Assembly (NCBI GenBank): GCA_902584635.1
Contig: CACIAQ010000002.1
Location: 27,147-91,146 of the forward strand
Source of the DNA: an uncultured Alphaproteobacteria bacterium
GTDB lineage: Bacteria > Pseudomonadota > Alphaproteobacteria > Rhodobacterales > Rhodobacteraceae
DNA: 64,000 nt
Direction: 5' to 3'
Shown: positions 45,274 to 57,331 of the stretch, piece after piece
How positions within the stretch are numbered: position 1 is the first letter of the stretch
How the letters are laid out: every line of letters starts with the position of its first letter
Made by a program: the position numbers and the translations under genes
Notes under the pieces: generated by a model
Told to the model about the DNA's origin: nothing
Seen by the model: only the letters and a program-made list of their open reading frames with translations
The model's database searches: none

Positions 45274-46458
45274 TTATTTAAGTGATTCGATACCTGGAAG
45301 TGATTTGCCTTCAAGCCACTCCAGAAAAGCTCCTCCTGCAGTTGAAACATAACTAAATTTGGATTCAGATCCTGATGCTTTAAGAGCGCTCAAAGTATCA
45401 CCACCACCCGCAATCGAGTTTATCTGCCCCTCTAAAGTTCTCTTTGCTACATACGTGGCTATTTTATTTGTCCCTCTGTCAAACGGAGGGGTTTCAAACG
45501 CGCCCAACGGGCCGTTCCAAATCAAAGTCTTAGATTTGCTAATAACATCAATCATAATCTTCTCAGTCTGTGGGCCAACATCTAGAATCATTTTATCTGC
45601 AGGGCAACAATCAACGCTGAAAATATTAATATCTGCATCAATTTCAAGAGATTTAGCGCAAACAATATCCCTAGGTAGAACCAATGTGCATTTTTTTGAA
45701 TCTAAATTTTGGATGATAGCCTCTGCGGTTCTTAACATGTTCTTTTCAGTAAGTGAAGTTCCAATTCTATATCCTTTAGCATCAAGAAATGTGTTGGCCA
45801 TAGCGCCACCAATTACCAAAAAATCTACTTTATCACTTAAATTATTTAGGATATCAATCTTAGTGGATATTTTCGAGCCTCCAACAATGGCTGTTACAGG
45901 TTTTAAAGGGTGATCCAAGGCCTTAGTCAAGGCTTTAAGCTCGTTTTGAACCAAAAATCCGGCAAAGCTGGGCAGATAATTTGTTATACCTTGTGTAGAG
46001 GCATGAGCTCTGTGTGAAACCGAGAAGGCGTCATTACAATAAACGTCACCGAGAGAGGCTAGTTGTAAGCTGAAGTAAGGATCGTTTGTCTCTTCTAGTT
46101 TAGAAAATCGTACATTCTCCAATAAGAAAACTGACGGGAATGGAGAAGTATTGATTTTTTTTTTGCATTTTTCTATGTCATGTGAAGGTAGAAATGTTAT
46201 CTTTATACCAATAACTTCCTCCAAATGTCCCATTATATTTTTTAAGCTAAAAACTTTACTTGTTTTTCCATTGGGTCGCCCAAAGTGGGACAAAATAACA
46301 ACTTTGTTATCACTTTGGGTTAAAAAAAATATTGTTTTTTTTGATCTTTCTATTCTTGATATATCTCCACTCTTCCCATTTGAGTATGGAATGTTAAGAT
46401 CAAGACGTAAGACAATAACTTTATTTTTTACGTTAGCTTCTTGAATATTTTTTATCAT
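45274..46458 (-). CDS. pgk: Phosphoglycerate kinase
   Basis: 394 aa. VLRLDLN.P, SH.GRP, NGP.G.FE and STAGGAFLE. Confidence 0.95.
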   Translation of the reverse strand: MIKNIQEANVKNKVIVLRLDLNIPYSNGKSGDISRIERSKKTIFFLTQSDNKVVILSHFGRPNGKTSKVFSLKNIMGHLEEVIGIKITFLPSHDIEKCKKKINTSPFPSVFLLENVRFSKLEETNDPYFSLQLASLGDVYCNDAFSVSHRAHASTQGITNYLPSFAGFLVQNELKALTKALDHPLKPVTAIVGGSKISTKIDILNNLSDKVDFLVIGGAMANTFLDAKGYRIGTSLTEKNMLRTAEAIIQNLDSKKCTLVLPRDIVCAKSLEIDADINIFSVDCCPADKMILDVGPQTEKIMIDVISKSKTLIWNGPLGAFETPPFDRGTNKIATYVAKRTLEGQINSIAGGGDTLSALKASGSESKFSYVSTAGGAFLEWLEGKSLPGIESLK

Positions 46459-46479
46459 TTACCTTAAATAAAATCGTGA

Positions 46480-48501
46480 TTAAATCAACGACTCAGCCTG
46501 TTGGCAAATTTCGTTAACATTAATTTTGAAGTAATCAAAAATATCTTTTTCTGGCGCAGAAGTTCCAAAATCACTCATCCCAACAAATGAAGTTCTAGAT
46601 TGGCTCCCAACATTTTTATAAAGCCATTTTCCCCAGCCAAGCTCTATGCCTGCTTCTATAGCTATCCTGACAGTGCCTTTGGGCAAAATTTTCTTTTTGT
46701 ATTTCTCATCTTGCTCCTCAAATAACTCCCATGAGGGGAACGAGATCACTCTGGTACCTATGCCCTTTTCTTCCAAGACTTCTCTTGCTTTCAATGCAAT
46801 TTGAACTTCAGAGCCGGTTGCCATAAGTATGACTTTCTTCTTATTAATAAAATCTTTTACTATATAGGCTCCTTTCTGAGAGAGGTTTGTTAAAGCTTTT
46901 TCTTTTCTAATTAAAGGTAAATTCTGTCTTGATAAGCAAATAATCGAAGGTTTATTTTTTGATTTGAGTGCAATCTCCCAACATTCAATAGTCTCTATGA
47001 TATCACAGGGTCTAAAAACATTCAAATTTGGAATCGACCTCAGAGATGCCAAATGTTCAACTGGTTGATGAGTTGGTCCATCTTCCCCCAAGCCTATACT
47101 GTCGTGGGTCATAACATAAATCACACCCAATCCCATCAAAGAGCTCAAACGAATTGCGCCTCTGCAGTAGTCTGAAAAGGTTAGGAATGTTCCTCCATAA
47201 GGTATTATTCCTCCATGTAAGGCCATGCCATTCATAATAGCGGCCATCCCATGCTCTCTTATTCCGTAGTGGATATATCTACCTGATCGATTGTTTTCTG
47301 AAAAGACCTGAAGCGATTTTGTTTTTGTGTTATTTGATCCTGTTAGGTCTGCCGATCCTCCAACAGTGTTGCTCAAGAATTCGTTAATCAAATCCAAGCA
47401 TATTTCACTCGCTTTTCTAGTTGCCAGTTTTTTTTCAAACTCCTGTGAATGAAATTCTTTAAAATTTTTAATCTCGCTGTCGAGCTTCAAAGGAAATGTT
47501 TGATTTAATTCATTTAAGAAAAGAGTTTTTTTCATTTTAGATAATGATTGAAAGCGGTTTGACCAATCCTTAAATTTTTTATTATTTCTAGCCCCAATCT
47601 TTTCCCAGGCCCTTTTTATATTGGAAGGAACTACAAACTCTTCATGTCTCCAATCAAAATTTTTTCTTAAATTTTCAACTTCATCCTTTCCTAATGGTGA
47701 TCCATGTGCACCAGAAGTTCCCTGCTTCGTTTTTGACCCAAACCCGATTATTGATTTTGCAGCAATAAGCGCTGGACGGCTATCCTTTTTCGCTTCACTT
47801 ATCGCCTGATCAATCTCTATTGGGTTGTGAGCGTCACACGAAAAAGTAGACCACCCAGAAGATTTAAATCTAGTAATCTGGTCAGTATTGCAAGACAGGT
47901 CAACTCCCCCGTCAATAGTAATTCCGTTATCATCCCAAATTACTATGAGTTTCTTTAATTTTAGTTTTCCAGCCAATGATATAGCTTCTTGACTAATTCC
48001 TTCCATCAAGCAACCATCTCCTGCGATGACATATGTAAAATGATCACAGATATCGCTACCCCATCTAGCACTTATGAATTCTTCGGCGATAGCGAAACCG
48101 ACAGCATTACCAAGTCCTTGTCCTAATGGACCTGTAGTTGTTTCAATACCAGAAATATGTCCATATTCAGGGTGGCCTGCTGTTTTTGAATTAAGCTGTC
48201 TAAAGTTTTTTATATCGTCTAAAGCTAAATCTGGGTAGCCAGTCAAATAAAGTAAGGAGTATAACAGCATTGATCCATGACCGGCAGATAAAATAAACCT
48301 ATCTCTATCAAACCAATTTGGTTCAAAAGAAAGAAACTTTAGATGTTTTTCAAATAAAACAGTAGCAACATCAGCCATACCCATAGGCATTCCAGGGTGT
48401 CCGCTATTTGCTTTTTCAACAGCATCTACAGACAACATCCTAATAGCTGTAGCTTTGTCCCAATGGTCCGGAAAAGATTGTCTTAGATTGTTTAGATCCA
48501 T
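46480..48501 (-). CDS. tkt: Transketolase
   Basis: 673 aa. SGHPG.PMGMA, GDGC.MEG, HYGIREH and THDSIGLGEDGPTHQP. Confidence 0.95.
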   Translation of the reverse strand: MDLNNLRQSFPDHWDKATAIRMLSVDAVEKANSGHPGMPMGMADVATVLFEKHLKFLSFEPNWFDRDRFILSAGHGSMLLYSLLYLTGYPDLALDDIKNFRQLNSKTAGHPEYGHISGIETTTGPLGQGLGNAVGFAIAEEFISARWGSDICDHFTYVIAGDGCLMEGISQEAISLAGKLKLKKLIVIWDDNGITIDGGVDLSCNTDQITRFKSSGWSTFSCDAHNPIEIDQAISEAKKDSRPALIAAKSIIGFGSKTKQGTSGAHGSPLGKDEVENLRKNFDWRHEEFVVPSNIKRAWEKIGARNNKKFKDWSNRFQSLSKMKKTLFLNELNQTFPLKLDSEIKNFKEFHSQEFEKKLATRKASEICLDLINEFLSNTVGGSADLTGSNNTKTKSLQVFSENNRSGRYIHYGIREHGMAAIMNGMALHGGIIPYGGTFLTFSDYCRGAIRLSSLMGLGVIYVMTHDSIGLGEDGPTHQPVEHLASLRSIPNLNVFRPCDIIETIECWEIALKSKNKPSIICLSRQNLPLIRKEKALTNLSQKGAYIVKDFINKKKVILMATGSEVQIALKAREVLEEKGIGTRVISFPSWELFEEQDEKYKKKILPKGTVRIAIEAGIELGWGKWLYKNVGSQSRTSFVGMSDFGTSAPEKDIFDYFKINVNEICQQAESLI

Positions 48502-48636
48502 ATTAAATTATTTTGCTTACTTACGATTTCGTTATAATATTTAATTTTTCAGCTTAGTAAATCGATTATTTGATTTTTAGAAAAAGGTGTGTGCTAAATA
48601 TAAAAGAATGATTATAGAATTGGAGATATCTTTCCC

Positions 48637-48897
48637 ATGAGTCAGTTAGTAAAATTAGAAAAAAGATTTGAAGATGTGATAGAAAAGCTAGAATTTGCTT
48701 TATCAAATAAAACTGTGAGGGAAGAAGTTTCAGACAGTTTTAATAAAAAAGAAGAAGTAAGTAAGCTAAGTTATCATAACACTAAAAATTTACTAAATAA
48801 AATTGAGCATTTAGAAAAAGCTGCAAAGAATGATGCTGAGGAAATTGATAAATTAGTTATGAAATTGAAGGAAATTTTAGAGACAGAAAATGACTGA
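48637..48897 (+). CDS. Coiled-coil hypothetical protein (DUF4164-like position upstream of zapA)
   Basis: 86 aa, helical and charged. Overlaps the zapA start by 8 nt. Confidence 0.45.
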   Translation: MSQLVKLEKRFEDVIEKLEFALSNKTVREEVSDSFNKKEEVSKLSYHNTKNLLNKIEHLEKAAKNDAEEIDKLVMKLKEILETEND

Positions 48898-49333
48898 GTT
48901 AGAAATATCGATAGGTGGGCGTATTTTTTCGGTTGCTTGTGATAACGATGAGCAGGAAAAGGTTAAACAGGCTGCCTCTTTAATTAGCGAAGAAGCGGAT
49001 GCAATACAATCTCAACTAGGTAGGCTTCCAGAGTCAAAAATGCTACTACTTTCTGCCTTGATGATAGCAGATCGCGTAGCAGATCTGGAATCTTTGTCAA
49101 AGGGGCTTAAAGAAAAATCTGAGGATCTTTTGAATTTAAAAAACAAAAACAAACAGCTGTTGCAACAGAAAAGCTCTCTAGAGATCGATCAACAAAATCT
49201 TGAGAAATTAGTTGAAAAAATTCTAGGCAGATTAGAGATGATCTCAAATTATAGCAATAAAAAACCTAACGAGTTACCTGCAGATGAAAGCTCTGCAAAT
49301 GTAATTGAAACAGATCAACCAAAACTATTTTAA
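48890..49333 (+). CDS. zapA: Cell-division protein ZapA
   Basis: 147 aa. ISIGGRIFSVACDNDEQEKVKQAA core followed by a coiled-coil tail. Confidence 0.7.
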   Translation: MTELEISIGGRIFSVACDNDEQEKVKQAASLISEEADAIQSQLGRLPESKMLLLSALMIADRVADLESLSKGLKEKSEDLLNLKNKNKQLLQQKSSLEIDQQNLEKLVEKILGRLEMISNYSNKKPNELPADESSANVIETDQPKLF

Positions 49334-49695
49334 GAGTTTTCCTCTCTTATTTTAGTTGCAGCCTCTTGGCTAAATGAAACTTTTTTTGTTGCCAATAAGT
49401 CGTCCAACTCTCCAGACATAGTCATCTCCGTAATTATATCTGAACCACCTACAAACACATTTTTTACATATAGCTGCGGTATGGTGGGCCAATCTGAGAA
49501 GTCTTTAATGCCTTGTCTAATCTCATCATCTTCTAAAACGTTCACATCCTTAAAATTTACTTCTAGATAATTTAAAATACCCGCCACTCTACTAGAAAAA
49601 CCACATTGTGGCATCTTAGAATTACCTTTCATAAAAAGTACTACGTCATTTTGATCAATTATTGTTTGAATTTTAGCTTTCACGGTATCATTCAT
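49330..49695 (-). CDS. grxD: Monothiol (Grx4-type) glutaredoxin
   Basis: 121 aa. VVLFMKG....PQCGFS active site and WPTIPQLYV....GG.DI. Confidence 0.9.
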   Translation of the reverse strand: MNDTVKAKIQTIIDQNDVVLFMKGNSKMPQCGFSSRVAGILNYLEVNFKDVNVLEDDEIRQGIKDFSDWPTIPQLYVKNVFVGGSDIITEMTMSGELDDLLATKKVSFSQEAATKIREENS

Positions 49696-49705
49696 TTTCT
49701 GTCTC

Positions 49706-49945
49706 CTATTTAATTTTTGTTTGTAGCGCTAGTGCATGTAAAATTCCGTTGTTCCCATCCATTGCTCCCTCTAAAGCCTTATAAACCATTTTGTGCTGCT
49801 CTACTCGAGAAAGCCCTTTGAACTCATGAGCCGTAATTGTAGCAGAGTAGTGATTACTATCACCTGCAGTATCAATTATCTCAATATCAGCTTGAGGAAA
49901 TTGTTTTTTGATAAGCTCTTTTATTTTTTGAGCACTTATCGCCAT
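49706..49945 (-). CDS. BolA-family protein
   Basis: 79 aa. HY.ATI....F.G.SRVEQHKMVY.AL pattern, adjacent to grxD. Confidence 0.85.
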   Translation of the reverse strand: MAISAQKIKELIKKQFPQADIEIIDTAGDSNHYSATITAHEFKGLSRVEQHKMVYKALEGAMDGNNGILHALALQTKIK

Positions 49946-49978
49946 AAGTCCATCCCATTTCTTTAAAATTAAATTGCA

Positions 49979-52162
49979 CTATTTCATTTCCATCATATTA
50001 CTTATTCCGTGATGGTAAAGATCATTTACGTGGGTAAGGGGTATAATGTTTGTACCGAAACATAGGCTGGAGCCTTTTGCGATACCTAGTTTAGTTATGG
50101 GAATCTCTTTCTCTTCAGCCAAAGTGATGAGGTGCTTTTCCTTTAGAGGATTTATACTGATAATATAACGAGCTTGTGTTTCATTAAAAAAGTACTCTAA
50201 AGAACCTTCAAGCACTTCAAACCCCAAATCATTTATAATGGCTAATTCGCATAAATTCAGTGCTATTCCGCCATCAGAGACATCATGAGCGCTTGATATT
50301 AGTTTTTTATTAAATAGGTGTAAGATAAATTGTCCGTTACGTTTTTCTTCTTCTAAATTCACTTTTATATTTACGTCTTCAATTTGAACTTGAGAGAGCT
50401 CAGATACTAGAGCTAACGCAGTTGCTTTTTTATCAGTTTTTCCAACTAAATAATATACGTCATTCCGTTTTACCGTTCCAGAGCGATGGTCCGATACATT
50501 TTTGATAAGTCCTACTCCTCCAATAGTTGGTGTCGGCAATATTGATTTCCCGTCGGTCTGGTTATAAAAGCTGACATTACCAGAAACTATGGGGAAATTT
50601 AATTGAATACAGGCTTCCTTAATACCTTTTATACAGTTAACAAATTGCCCCATTGTTTCTGGATCTTCTGGACTTCCAAAGTTAAGATTATCTGTAATTG
50701 CTAACGGAGTAGCACCCGAAGATATAATGTTTCTGTAACATTCAGCTACAGCTTGTTTTCCACCTTCAAGTGGGCTTATAGAGCAAAGCAATGGGTTGCT
50801 ATCGCAAGAAAAAGCTAATCCATAGCTTGTTTCTTTAATTTTTGTAATTGCTGCATCCAAACCGGGACGTTTAAGAGTGCTATTGAGTATCATATGATCG
50901 TATTGTTCCCACACCCATCTTTTTGAACAGTGATTTGGCGAAGATAACAATATTTCAATTGCCCTCTGAATCGTTAATTCAGGTATTTTGGGATAAGATT
51001 TTGTTGCTTTATTAGTTTTCCATGGTCTGTTGTACTGAGGTGCTTGATCTGCTAAACACTTTAGAGGTAAGTCAGCAACAACGGTTTCTCGAAATTTTAT
51101 TAAGAGCCTATCCTCTGCTATCGTCTTTCCAATTATAGCAAAATCAAGATCCCATTTACTGAAAATTTCTTTCGCCTGGTCTTCATATCCTGGTTTTATT
51201 ACTGCGAGCATTCTCTCTTGGCTTTCGGATAACATTATTTCATAAGGATTCATCTTATCTTCACGAGTTGGCACATTATCTAAATTTAGAAAAATACCAA
51301 GATTGCCTTTATCTCCCATTTCAACTGAAGAACATGTCAGTCCTGCAGCTCCCATATCCTGTACTGCAATTACACAGCCACTCTCCATGAGTTCAAAACA
51401 GGCTTCCATAAGCTTTTTTTCTAAAAAAGGGTCACCGATTTGGACGGTTGGTCGTTTAGCTTTGTTTCTTTCATCGTCAGAATCAAAGCTCTCAGATGCC
51501 ATACTAGCGCCTCCAACACCGTCTCTCCCAGTTTTTGCACCCATATACACTATTGGAGAACCTATTCCTGTTGCTTTAGAATAAAAAATCTTATTCTTAT
51601 TTACTATGCCTGCTGCAAAAGCGTTTACCAAGCAATTGCCATTATATTTAGCGTGAAATCTTAGTTCTCCGCCAATATTAGGCACTCCAAAAGAGTTTCC
51701 ATAATGACTTATCCCCTTGACAACTCCACGAAGGATTTCTTTGGTTTTAATATTATCAACTGAGCCCATCGATAGGGAGTTCATAGCCGCAATTGGTCTT
51801 GCACCCATTGTAAAAACGTCTCTTAAGATTCCTCCAACCCCGGTGGCTGCGCCGTTGAAAGGTTCTATATAACTGGGGTGATTATGACTTTCCATTTTGA
51901 ATGCAAGTGCAAGGCTATCATCAATAGCCACAATTCCTGCATTTTCTCCGGGACCACAAATAACTTGATCTCCGGTCGTCGGAAGTTCCTTAAGCCATTT
52001 TCTTGACGACTTATACGAACAATGCTCGTTCCACATTGCTGAAAAGATACCTAATTCAGTAATGTTTGGAGTCCGTTCCAGTAGTTTTTTAATTTGGTCA
52101 TACTCGTCTATTGTTAGACCATGTGCTTTTATGATTTCAGGAGAATAATCTTTAGATGTCAT
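49979..52162 (-). CDS. purL: Phosphoribosylformylglycinamidine synthase subunit II
   Basis: 727 aa. [31 protein letters not shown] and DVSDGG motifs. Confidence 0.95.
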   Translation of the reverse strand: MTSKDYSPEIIKAHGLTIDEYDQIKKLLERTPNITELGIFSAMWNEHCSYKSSRKWLKELPTTGDQVICGPGENAGIVAIDDSLALAFKMESHNHPSYIEPFNGAATGVGGILRDVFTMGARPIAAMNSLSMGSVDNIKTKEILRGVVKGISHYGNSFGVPNIGGELRFHAKYNGNCLVNAFAAGIVNKNKIFYSKATGIGSPIVYMGAKTGRDGVGGASMASESFDSDDERNKAKRPTVQIGDPFLEKKLMEACFELMESGCVIAVQDMGAAGLTCSSVEMGDKGNLGIFLNLDNVPTREDKMNPYEIMLSESQERMLAVIKPGYEDQAKEIFSKWDLDFAIIGKTIAEDRLLIKFRETVVADLPLKCLADQAPQYNRPWKTNKATKSYPKIPELTIQRAIEILLSSPNHCSKRWVWEQYDHMILNSTLKRPGLDAAITKIKETSYGLAFSCDSNPLLCSISPLEGGKQAVAECYRNIISSGATPLAITDNLNFGSPEDPETMGQFVNCIKGIKEACIQLNFPIVSGNVSFYNQTDGKSILPTPTIGGVGLIKNVSDHRSGTVKRNDVYYLVGKTDKKATALALVSELSQVQIEDVNIKVNLEEEKRNGQFILHLFNKKLISSAHDVSDGGIALNLCELAIINDLGFEVLEGSLEYFFNETQARYIISINPLKEKHLITLAEEKEIPITKLGIAKGSSLCFGTNIIPLTHVNDLYHHGISNMMEMK

Positions 52163-52173
52163 TTTTTAGATAC

Positions 52174-52629
52174 TCAACTATTTTCCTGTTTCTTTAATAT
52201 GAATTGTCTTGCAAGAGCGTTATCCTTATCTGAAAGTCCTAACAAATTAGAAAATAATCTCATAAATCCATCTTCTTCGTAAGTTCTTTTTCCATCCGCC
52301 ATTACCAGTATCCAAGAGTCTTTTAGAAGGCTGAATCTTTCTTCATAAGCAATGGTTTCTTTTATTTTTTTAGTGAACTGGATGTTGTCATTTGATTGAC
52401 CTTCAAGTTTTACCGCCAAATTAAGAACATTTTCAGTCTCCTCTTCGTCAAGTCCAAATCTGTTCATTACTAAATCTCTAATTTTTTTTCGCTCACTACT
52501 ATCAAAACTGCCATCCAATTTAGCTATCCTGATGAATACTGCTGACAATGCTAATATTCCTGGCTCATTAATTTTAGTTTTGATTTCATCTGATTGTTTC
52601 GTAAACAGATTAAGTAAATTTTTAAACAT
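52174..52629 (-). CDS. TerB-like (tellurite-resistance TerB family) protein
   Basis: 151 aa. IRIAKLDG.FD..ERKKI and ...V.MADG...YEEDGFMR fit the repeated TerB helix pattern. Assignment is from memory. Confidence 0.55.
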   Translation of the reverse strand: MFKNLLNLFTKQSDEIKTKINEPGILALSAVFIRIAKLDGSFDSSERKKIRDLVMNRFGLDEEETENVLNLAVKLEGQSNDNIQFTKKIKETIAYEERFSLLKDSWILVMADGKRTYEEDGFMRLFSNLLGLSDKDNALARQFILKKQENS

Positions 52630-54148
52630 TTTTGCTGCTGATTTCCCTTAAATTACGTTTTAAAACTTTACCCGTTGCATTCCTAGGCAATTCTGAGACA
52701 AAAGCTATTTCGGAGGGAATTTTAAATTTTGCTAAGTTATTTATACAGTGTTCTATAATTTTTTCTTTTGTTAGCTCTTTATCTTCTTTCAAAACTACAA
52801 ATAGCTTGCCAGTTTCGCCCCATTTTTTATCTGGAATACCAATAACAGCTAACTCAGCTATTTCATCAAGCTGGTATAATGTGTTTTCTACTTCAGCAGG
52901 ATAAACATTTTCACCGCCGGAGATGTACATATCTTTTTCTCTATCAACAATAAACACAAACCCATCCTCGTCAAATTTAGCTAAATCTCCTGTTTTTAGC
53001 CAGCCTTCATCAAATGAGTCTTTAGTTGCTTTTTCATTCTTCCAATAACCTGGGGTAACATTTGGGCCTTTAATTAAGAGTTCTCCTATTTGATTTGATT
53101 GTACTGGTGTCATATTCTTATTCACAATCTTGATTGAGGTATGTAGTACAGCTTTTCCTGCAGAGCCTATCTTATTCAGAGAATCTTCGGCAGCCAGGAA
53201 TATACCAGCAGGGCTTGTCTCTGTCATGCCCCAGCCCTGGATCACGTCAATTCCTTTGGATTGCCAAGTCTTAATTATGATTTCTGCACAAGGAGCGCCT
53301 CCAACACCAACATTGATTAGTCTGCTAAAGTCAGTATTATTAAAGTCTGGGTGCTGCATCGTAAATTGTAAAGGTGCGGGGACTGCAAATAAATGTGTTA
53401 TGGCTAGCTCTGCACTATTTATTGCTTTTAAAGCATTTATTGGGTCGAACTCTCTCATGATTATTATTTCTCCGCCCTGGTGAAGAACTGGGTTTGCGTA
53501 ACAATTTATTCCACCCGTATGAAATAGGGGAAGTATAACCAGTTGTTTTGTCTTGCTGGTCAGATTAGCTATCCCAGATAGGTTAACAGCATTAAATAAT
53601 TGCATTTTATGATTTATTTTTGCACCCTTTGGGTGTCCTGTTGTCCCTGAGGTATACATTATCATAATAAGGTCATCTAAACTAAGGGCAACGCTTTTGA
53701 AATCACTTGGACAATCTTTGATATTTTCTAAAAACTCATTCGATTTTTCATCTGAGTTAAAAAATTGGATAATAATATTCGGCATCAGAGAGCGCAGTTG
53801 CGTGGCTATATGTTCAAAGCAATCGTCAACAATGAGCAAGCTCGGTTCGCAGTCGTCTAATATAAAAGCTAATTCATTTGCGGTAAGTCTCCAATTTAAA
53901 GGCACCATAATTGAGCCAGTTTTTGAACAGGCAAACTGAAGTTCAAAGAAAATACTATGGTTTTTCGACAATATAGCAACTCGGTCGCTGTGCCCAATAC
54001 CTCTTTTTTTGAGAAAATTGGCAATCTTACATGCTGATAAATTTAATTCTTTATATGAAATTTTTTTATCAAGAAAATAGTCTGTTATGGCAATTTTATC
54101 TGAATGCATTTTTGACTGATATTCTGCCCAATCATAATAATTTATCAT
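52622..54148 (-). CDS. AMP-dependent acyl-CoA ligase (fatty-acid--CoA ligase family)
   Basis: 508 aa. MYTSGTTGHPKG, GWGMTE, GELLIKGPNVTPGYW, WLKTGDLA, DREKDMYISGGENVYP and GKVLKR. Confidence 0.85.
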   Translation of the reverse strand: MINYYDWAEYQSKMHSDKIAITDYFLDKKISYKELNLSACKIANFLKKRGIGHSDRVAILSKNHSIFFELQFACSKTGSIMVPLNWRLTANELAFILDDCEPSLLIVDDCFEHIATQLRSLMPNIIIQFFNSDEKSNEFLENIKDCPSDFKSVALSLDDLIMIMYTSGTTGHPKGAKINHKMQLFNAVNLSGIANLTSKTKQLVILPLFHTGGINCYANPVLHQGGEIIIMREFDPINALKAINSAELAITHLFAVPAPLQFTMQHPDFNNTDFSRLINVGVGGAPCAEIIIKTWQSKGIDVIQGWGMTETSPAGIFLAAEDSLNKIGSAGKAVLHTSIKIVNKNMTPVQSNQIGELLIKGPNVTPGYWKNEKATKDSFDEGWLKTGDLAKFDEDGFVFIVDREKDMYISGGENVYPAEVENTLYQLDEIAELAVIGIPDKKWGETGKLFVVLKEDKELTKEKIIEHCINNLAKFKIPSEIAFVSELPRNATGKVLKRNLREISSKNV

Positions 54149-54161
54149 TTGAATACCCTCC

Positions 54162-55802
54162 CTAAACTAATCTGGTTTGCTCTAGAGCTTTTTTTATAAA
54201 AGTCGAAAAAATTGGGTGAGGCTCGAAAGGTTTAGACTTAAGCTCTGGATGAAATTGGACACCCAAAAAAAATGGGTGGTTGGATATTTCTACAATTTCT
54301 GGAAGCATGCCATCTTTAGAAAATGCTGAAAATGTCATGCCAATTCTTTCAAGGGTTTCTTGATATCGTGTATTTACTTCAAATCTATGGCGATGCCTCT
54401 CTGACACATATTCATTTTTATAAATTGAAAAAGCCATTGTTCCTTTTTTTATTTTTGCGGGATAGGCTCCCAGCCTCATTGTTCCACCTTTATTTTCCAC
54501 TTTACTTCTTATCTCAACTTTATGATCCTTTATCCACTTGGAAAGATGATAAATAAGATGATCGTCAGAGCTGTCCAGTTTTTCTTCAAATTCCTCAGAG
54601 TTTGCGTCTTTGAGGCCAGCACAATTTCTAGCGTACTCTATTACTAATAGTTGCATACCCAAACAAATGCCAAGAAAAGGAATTTGTTTCTCTCTTGCAT
54701 ATTTTATTACTCTAATTTTTCCCTCTGTTCCTCTTTTCCCAAATCCGCCAGGTATTAAGATGCCATCAAAATTATCTAGTCTTTTCGTTTGACCCTCTTT
54801 TTCAAACTCTTCAGACTCCAGCCATGTAGTTTCTACGTTTGTTTTATTAGCTAAACCTCCATGAATAAGAGCTTCCGAAAGTGATTTATAGGCATCTTCA
54901 AGTTTTGTATACTTCCCAACAACAGCAATCTTTACTAATCCCTCAGAGCTCCGGTATCTTGAACTAACGTCTTGCCAAATGCTTAGGTCAGGTCTTGATT
55001 TAGATTTTAAACCCAAAACTTGTAGGACTGCTTCATCTAATCCCTCTCTAAAAAAAGCGATCGGCGCTTCATATATAGTTTCAAGATCATTAGCTGCAAT
55101 TATATTTTTTTTATTAACATTACAGAAAAGTGCGATTTTTTCTTTCTCTTTACTGGGGATGGGCACTTCTGAACGACAAACTAATATATCAGGGCTTATC
55201 CCGATAGATCTTAATTCTTTTACCGAGTGTTGCGTTGGCTTAGTTTTTAGTTCACCTGATGATGAAAGAAATGGTAACAGCGTTAAATGAACAAAAATGC
55301 ATGAATTAGATCTTTTTTCTTGAGAGAATTGTCGTATAGCCTCAAAAAAAGGAAGGCCTTCAATATCTCCTATTGTTCCCCCGATTTCACAAAGCATAAA
55401 ATCAACTTCATCTTCGTGTTGCTCTAGGAACTTCTTTATCTCATTTGTAACGTGAGGTATAACCTGTATAGTCTCTCCGAGGTAGTCTCCTTTTCTTTCC
55501 CGTTCTAAGACAGTAGAATATATTCGACCAGAAGAAACTGAGTCAGTGCTTTGGGCTGCTACTCCTGTAAATCGTTCATAATGACCTAGGTCGAGATCTG
55601 TTTCAGCCCCATCATCAGTAACGAATACCTCACCATGCTCAAAAGGTGACATCGTGCCAGGATCAACGTTTAAGTATGGATCAAGTTTCCGAAGTCTTAC
55701 TGAAAAGCCTCTTGCTTGTAGTAGTGCTCCTAATGATGCAGATGTTAGTCCCTTTCCCAGAGAAGATACAACACCACCTGTGATAAAAACAAATTTCGCC
55801 AA
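54162..55802 (-). CDS. pyrG: CTP synthase
   Basis: 546 aa. [21 protein letters not shown], the GICLGMQ glutaminase Cys and HRHR.EVN. TTG start. Confidence 0.95.
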   Translation of the reverse strand: MAKFVFITGGVVSSLGKGLTSASLGALLQARGFSVRLRKLDPYLNVDPGTMSPFEHGEVFVTDDGAETDLDLGHYERFTGVAAQSTDSVSSGRIYSTVLERERKGDYLGETIQVIPHVTNEIKKFLEQHEDEVDFMLCEIGGTIGDIEGLPFFEAIRQFSQEKRSNSCIFVHLTLLPFLSSSGELKTKPTQHSVKELRSIGISPDILVCRSEVPIPSKEKEKIALFCNVNKKNIIAANDLETIYEAPIAFFREGLDEAVLQVLGLKSKSRPDLSIWQDVSSRYRSSEGLVKIAVVGKYTKLEDAYKSLSEALIHGGLANKTNVETTWLESEEFEKEGQTKRLDNFDGILIPGGFGKRGTEGKIRVIKYAREKQIPFLGICLGMQLLVIEYARNCAGLKDANSEEFEEKLDSSDDHLIYHLSKWIKDHKVEIRSKVENKGGTMRLGAYPAKIKKGTMAFSIYKNEYVSERHRHRFEVNTRYQETLERIGMTFSAFSKDGMLPEIVEISNHPFFLGVQFHPELKSKPFEPHPIFSTFIKKALEQTRLV

Positions 55803-55876
55803 AACACATCTTTCAAAAAGAATTAAGAACTCAGTTTATTTTAGATTAGTAAATCTCACAAGCTGATAGTTCACTT

Positions 55877-56230
55877 TTATTCTGAAGGAGGAGTAGAAAC
55901 TCCATCACTGTTTTTAAATTTCTTTAGGTCAGGTAGCTCCGGCGCCAATCCTTTTTCATCGGATTCACTAGTGCTATTTGATTCTTCAAAAACAGATGTA
56001 TTTGACCCACTATTAATGGATAAAATTGTGAGCATTATAGCTATTAAAAAAAATAGAGCAGTTAGAATCCAAGTTAGCTTAGATAATGGGTTTGCTGACT
56101 TTGTTCCAGTACCAAAGCCCTGATTATCAGACCCCATACCCAAGCCCCCACCTTCTGATCTTTGGAAGAGAACAACTAGTATTAGTAAAACAGTAACTAT
56201 TAAATGACTTATTAATAATACGTTTGACAT
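55877..56230 (-). CDS. secG: Preprotein translocase subunit SecG
   Basis: 117 aa. LLILVVLFQRSEGGGLG... with a second TM helix. Confidence 0.8.
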   Translation of the reverse strand: MSNVLLISHLIVTVLLILVVLFQRSEGGGLGMGSDNQGFGTGTKSANPLSKLTWILTALFFLIAIMLTILSINSGSNTSVFEESNSTSESDEKGLAPELPDLKKFKNSDGVSTPPSE

Positions 56231-56233
56231 TTT

Positions 56234-57325
<1,092 letters not shown>

Positions 57326-57331
57326 TCAAGT

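Noticed and set aside
45274-48501. Absence of gap (GAPDH) between tkt and pgk as a sign of rearrangement
   Set aside because: Only 21 nt separate the two genes and both are intact. The gene order varies among alphaproteobacteria, and gap may lie elsewhere. No evidence of a deletion scar.
49320-49345. 6S RNA (ssrS) expected downstream of zapA, as in many bacteria
   Set aside because: The zapA stop (49333) overlaps the 3' end of the convergent grxD gene (49330), leaving no intergenic space for an RNA gene.
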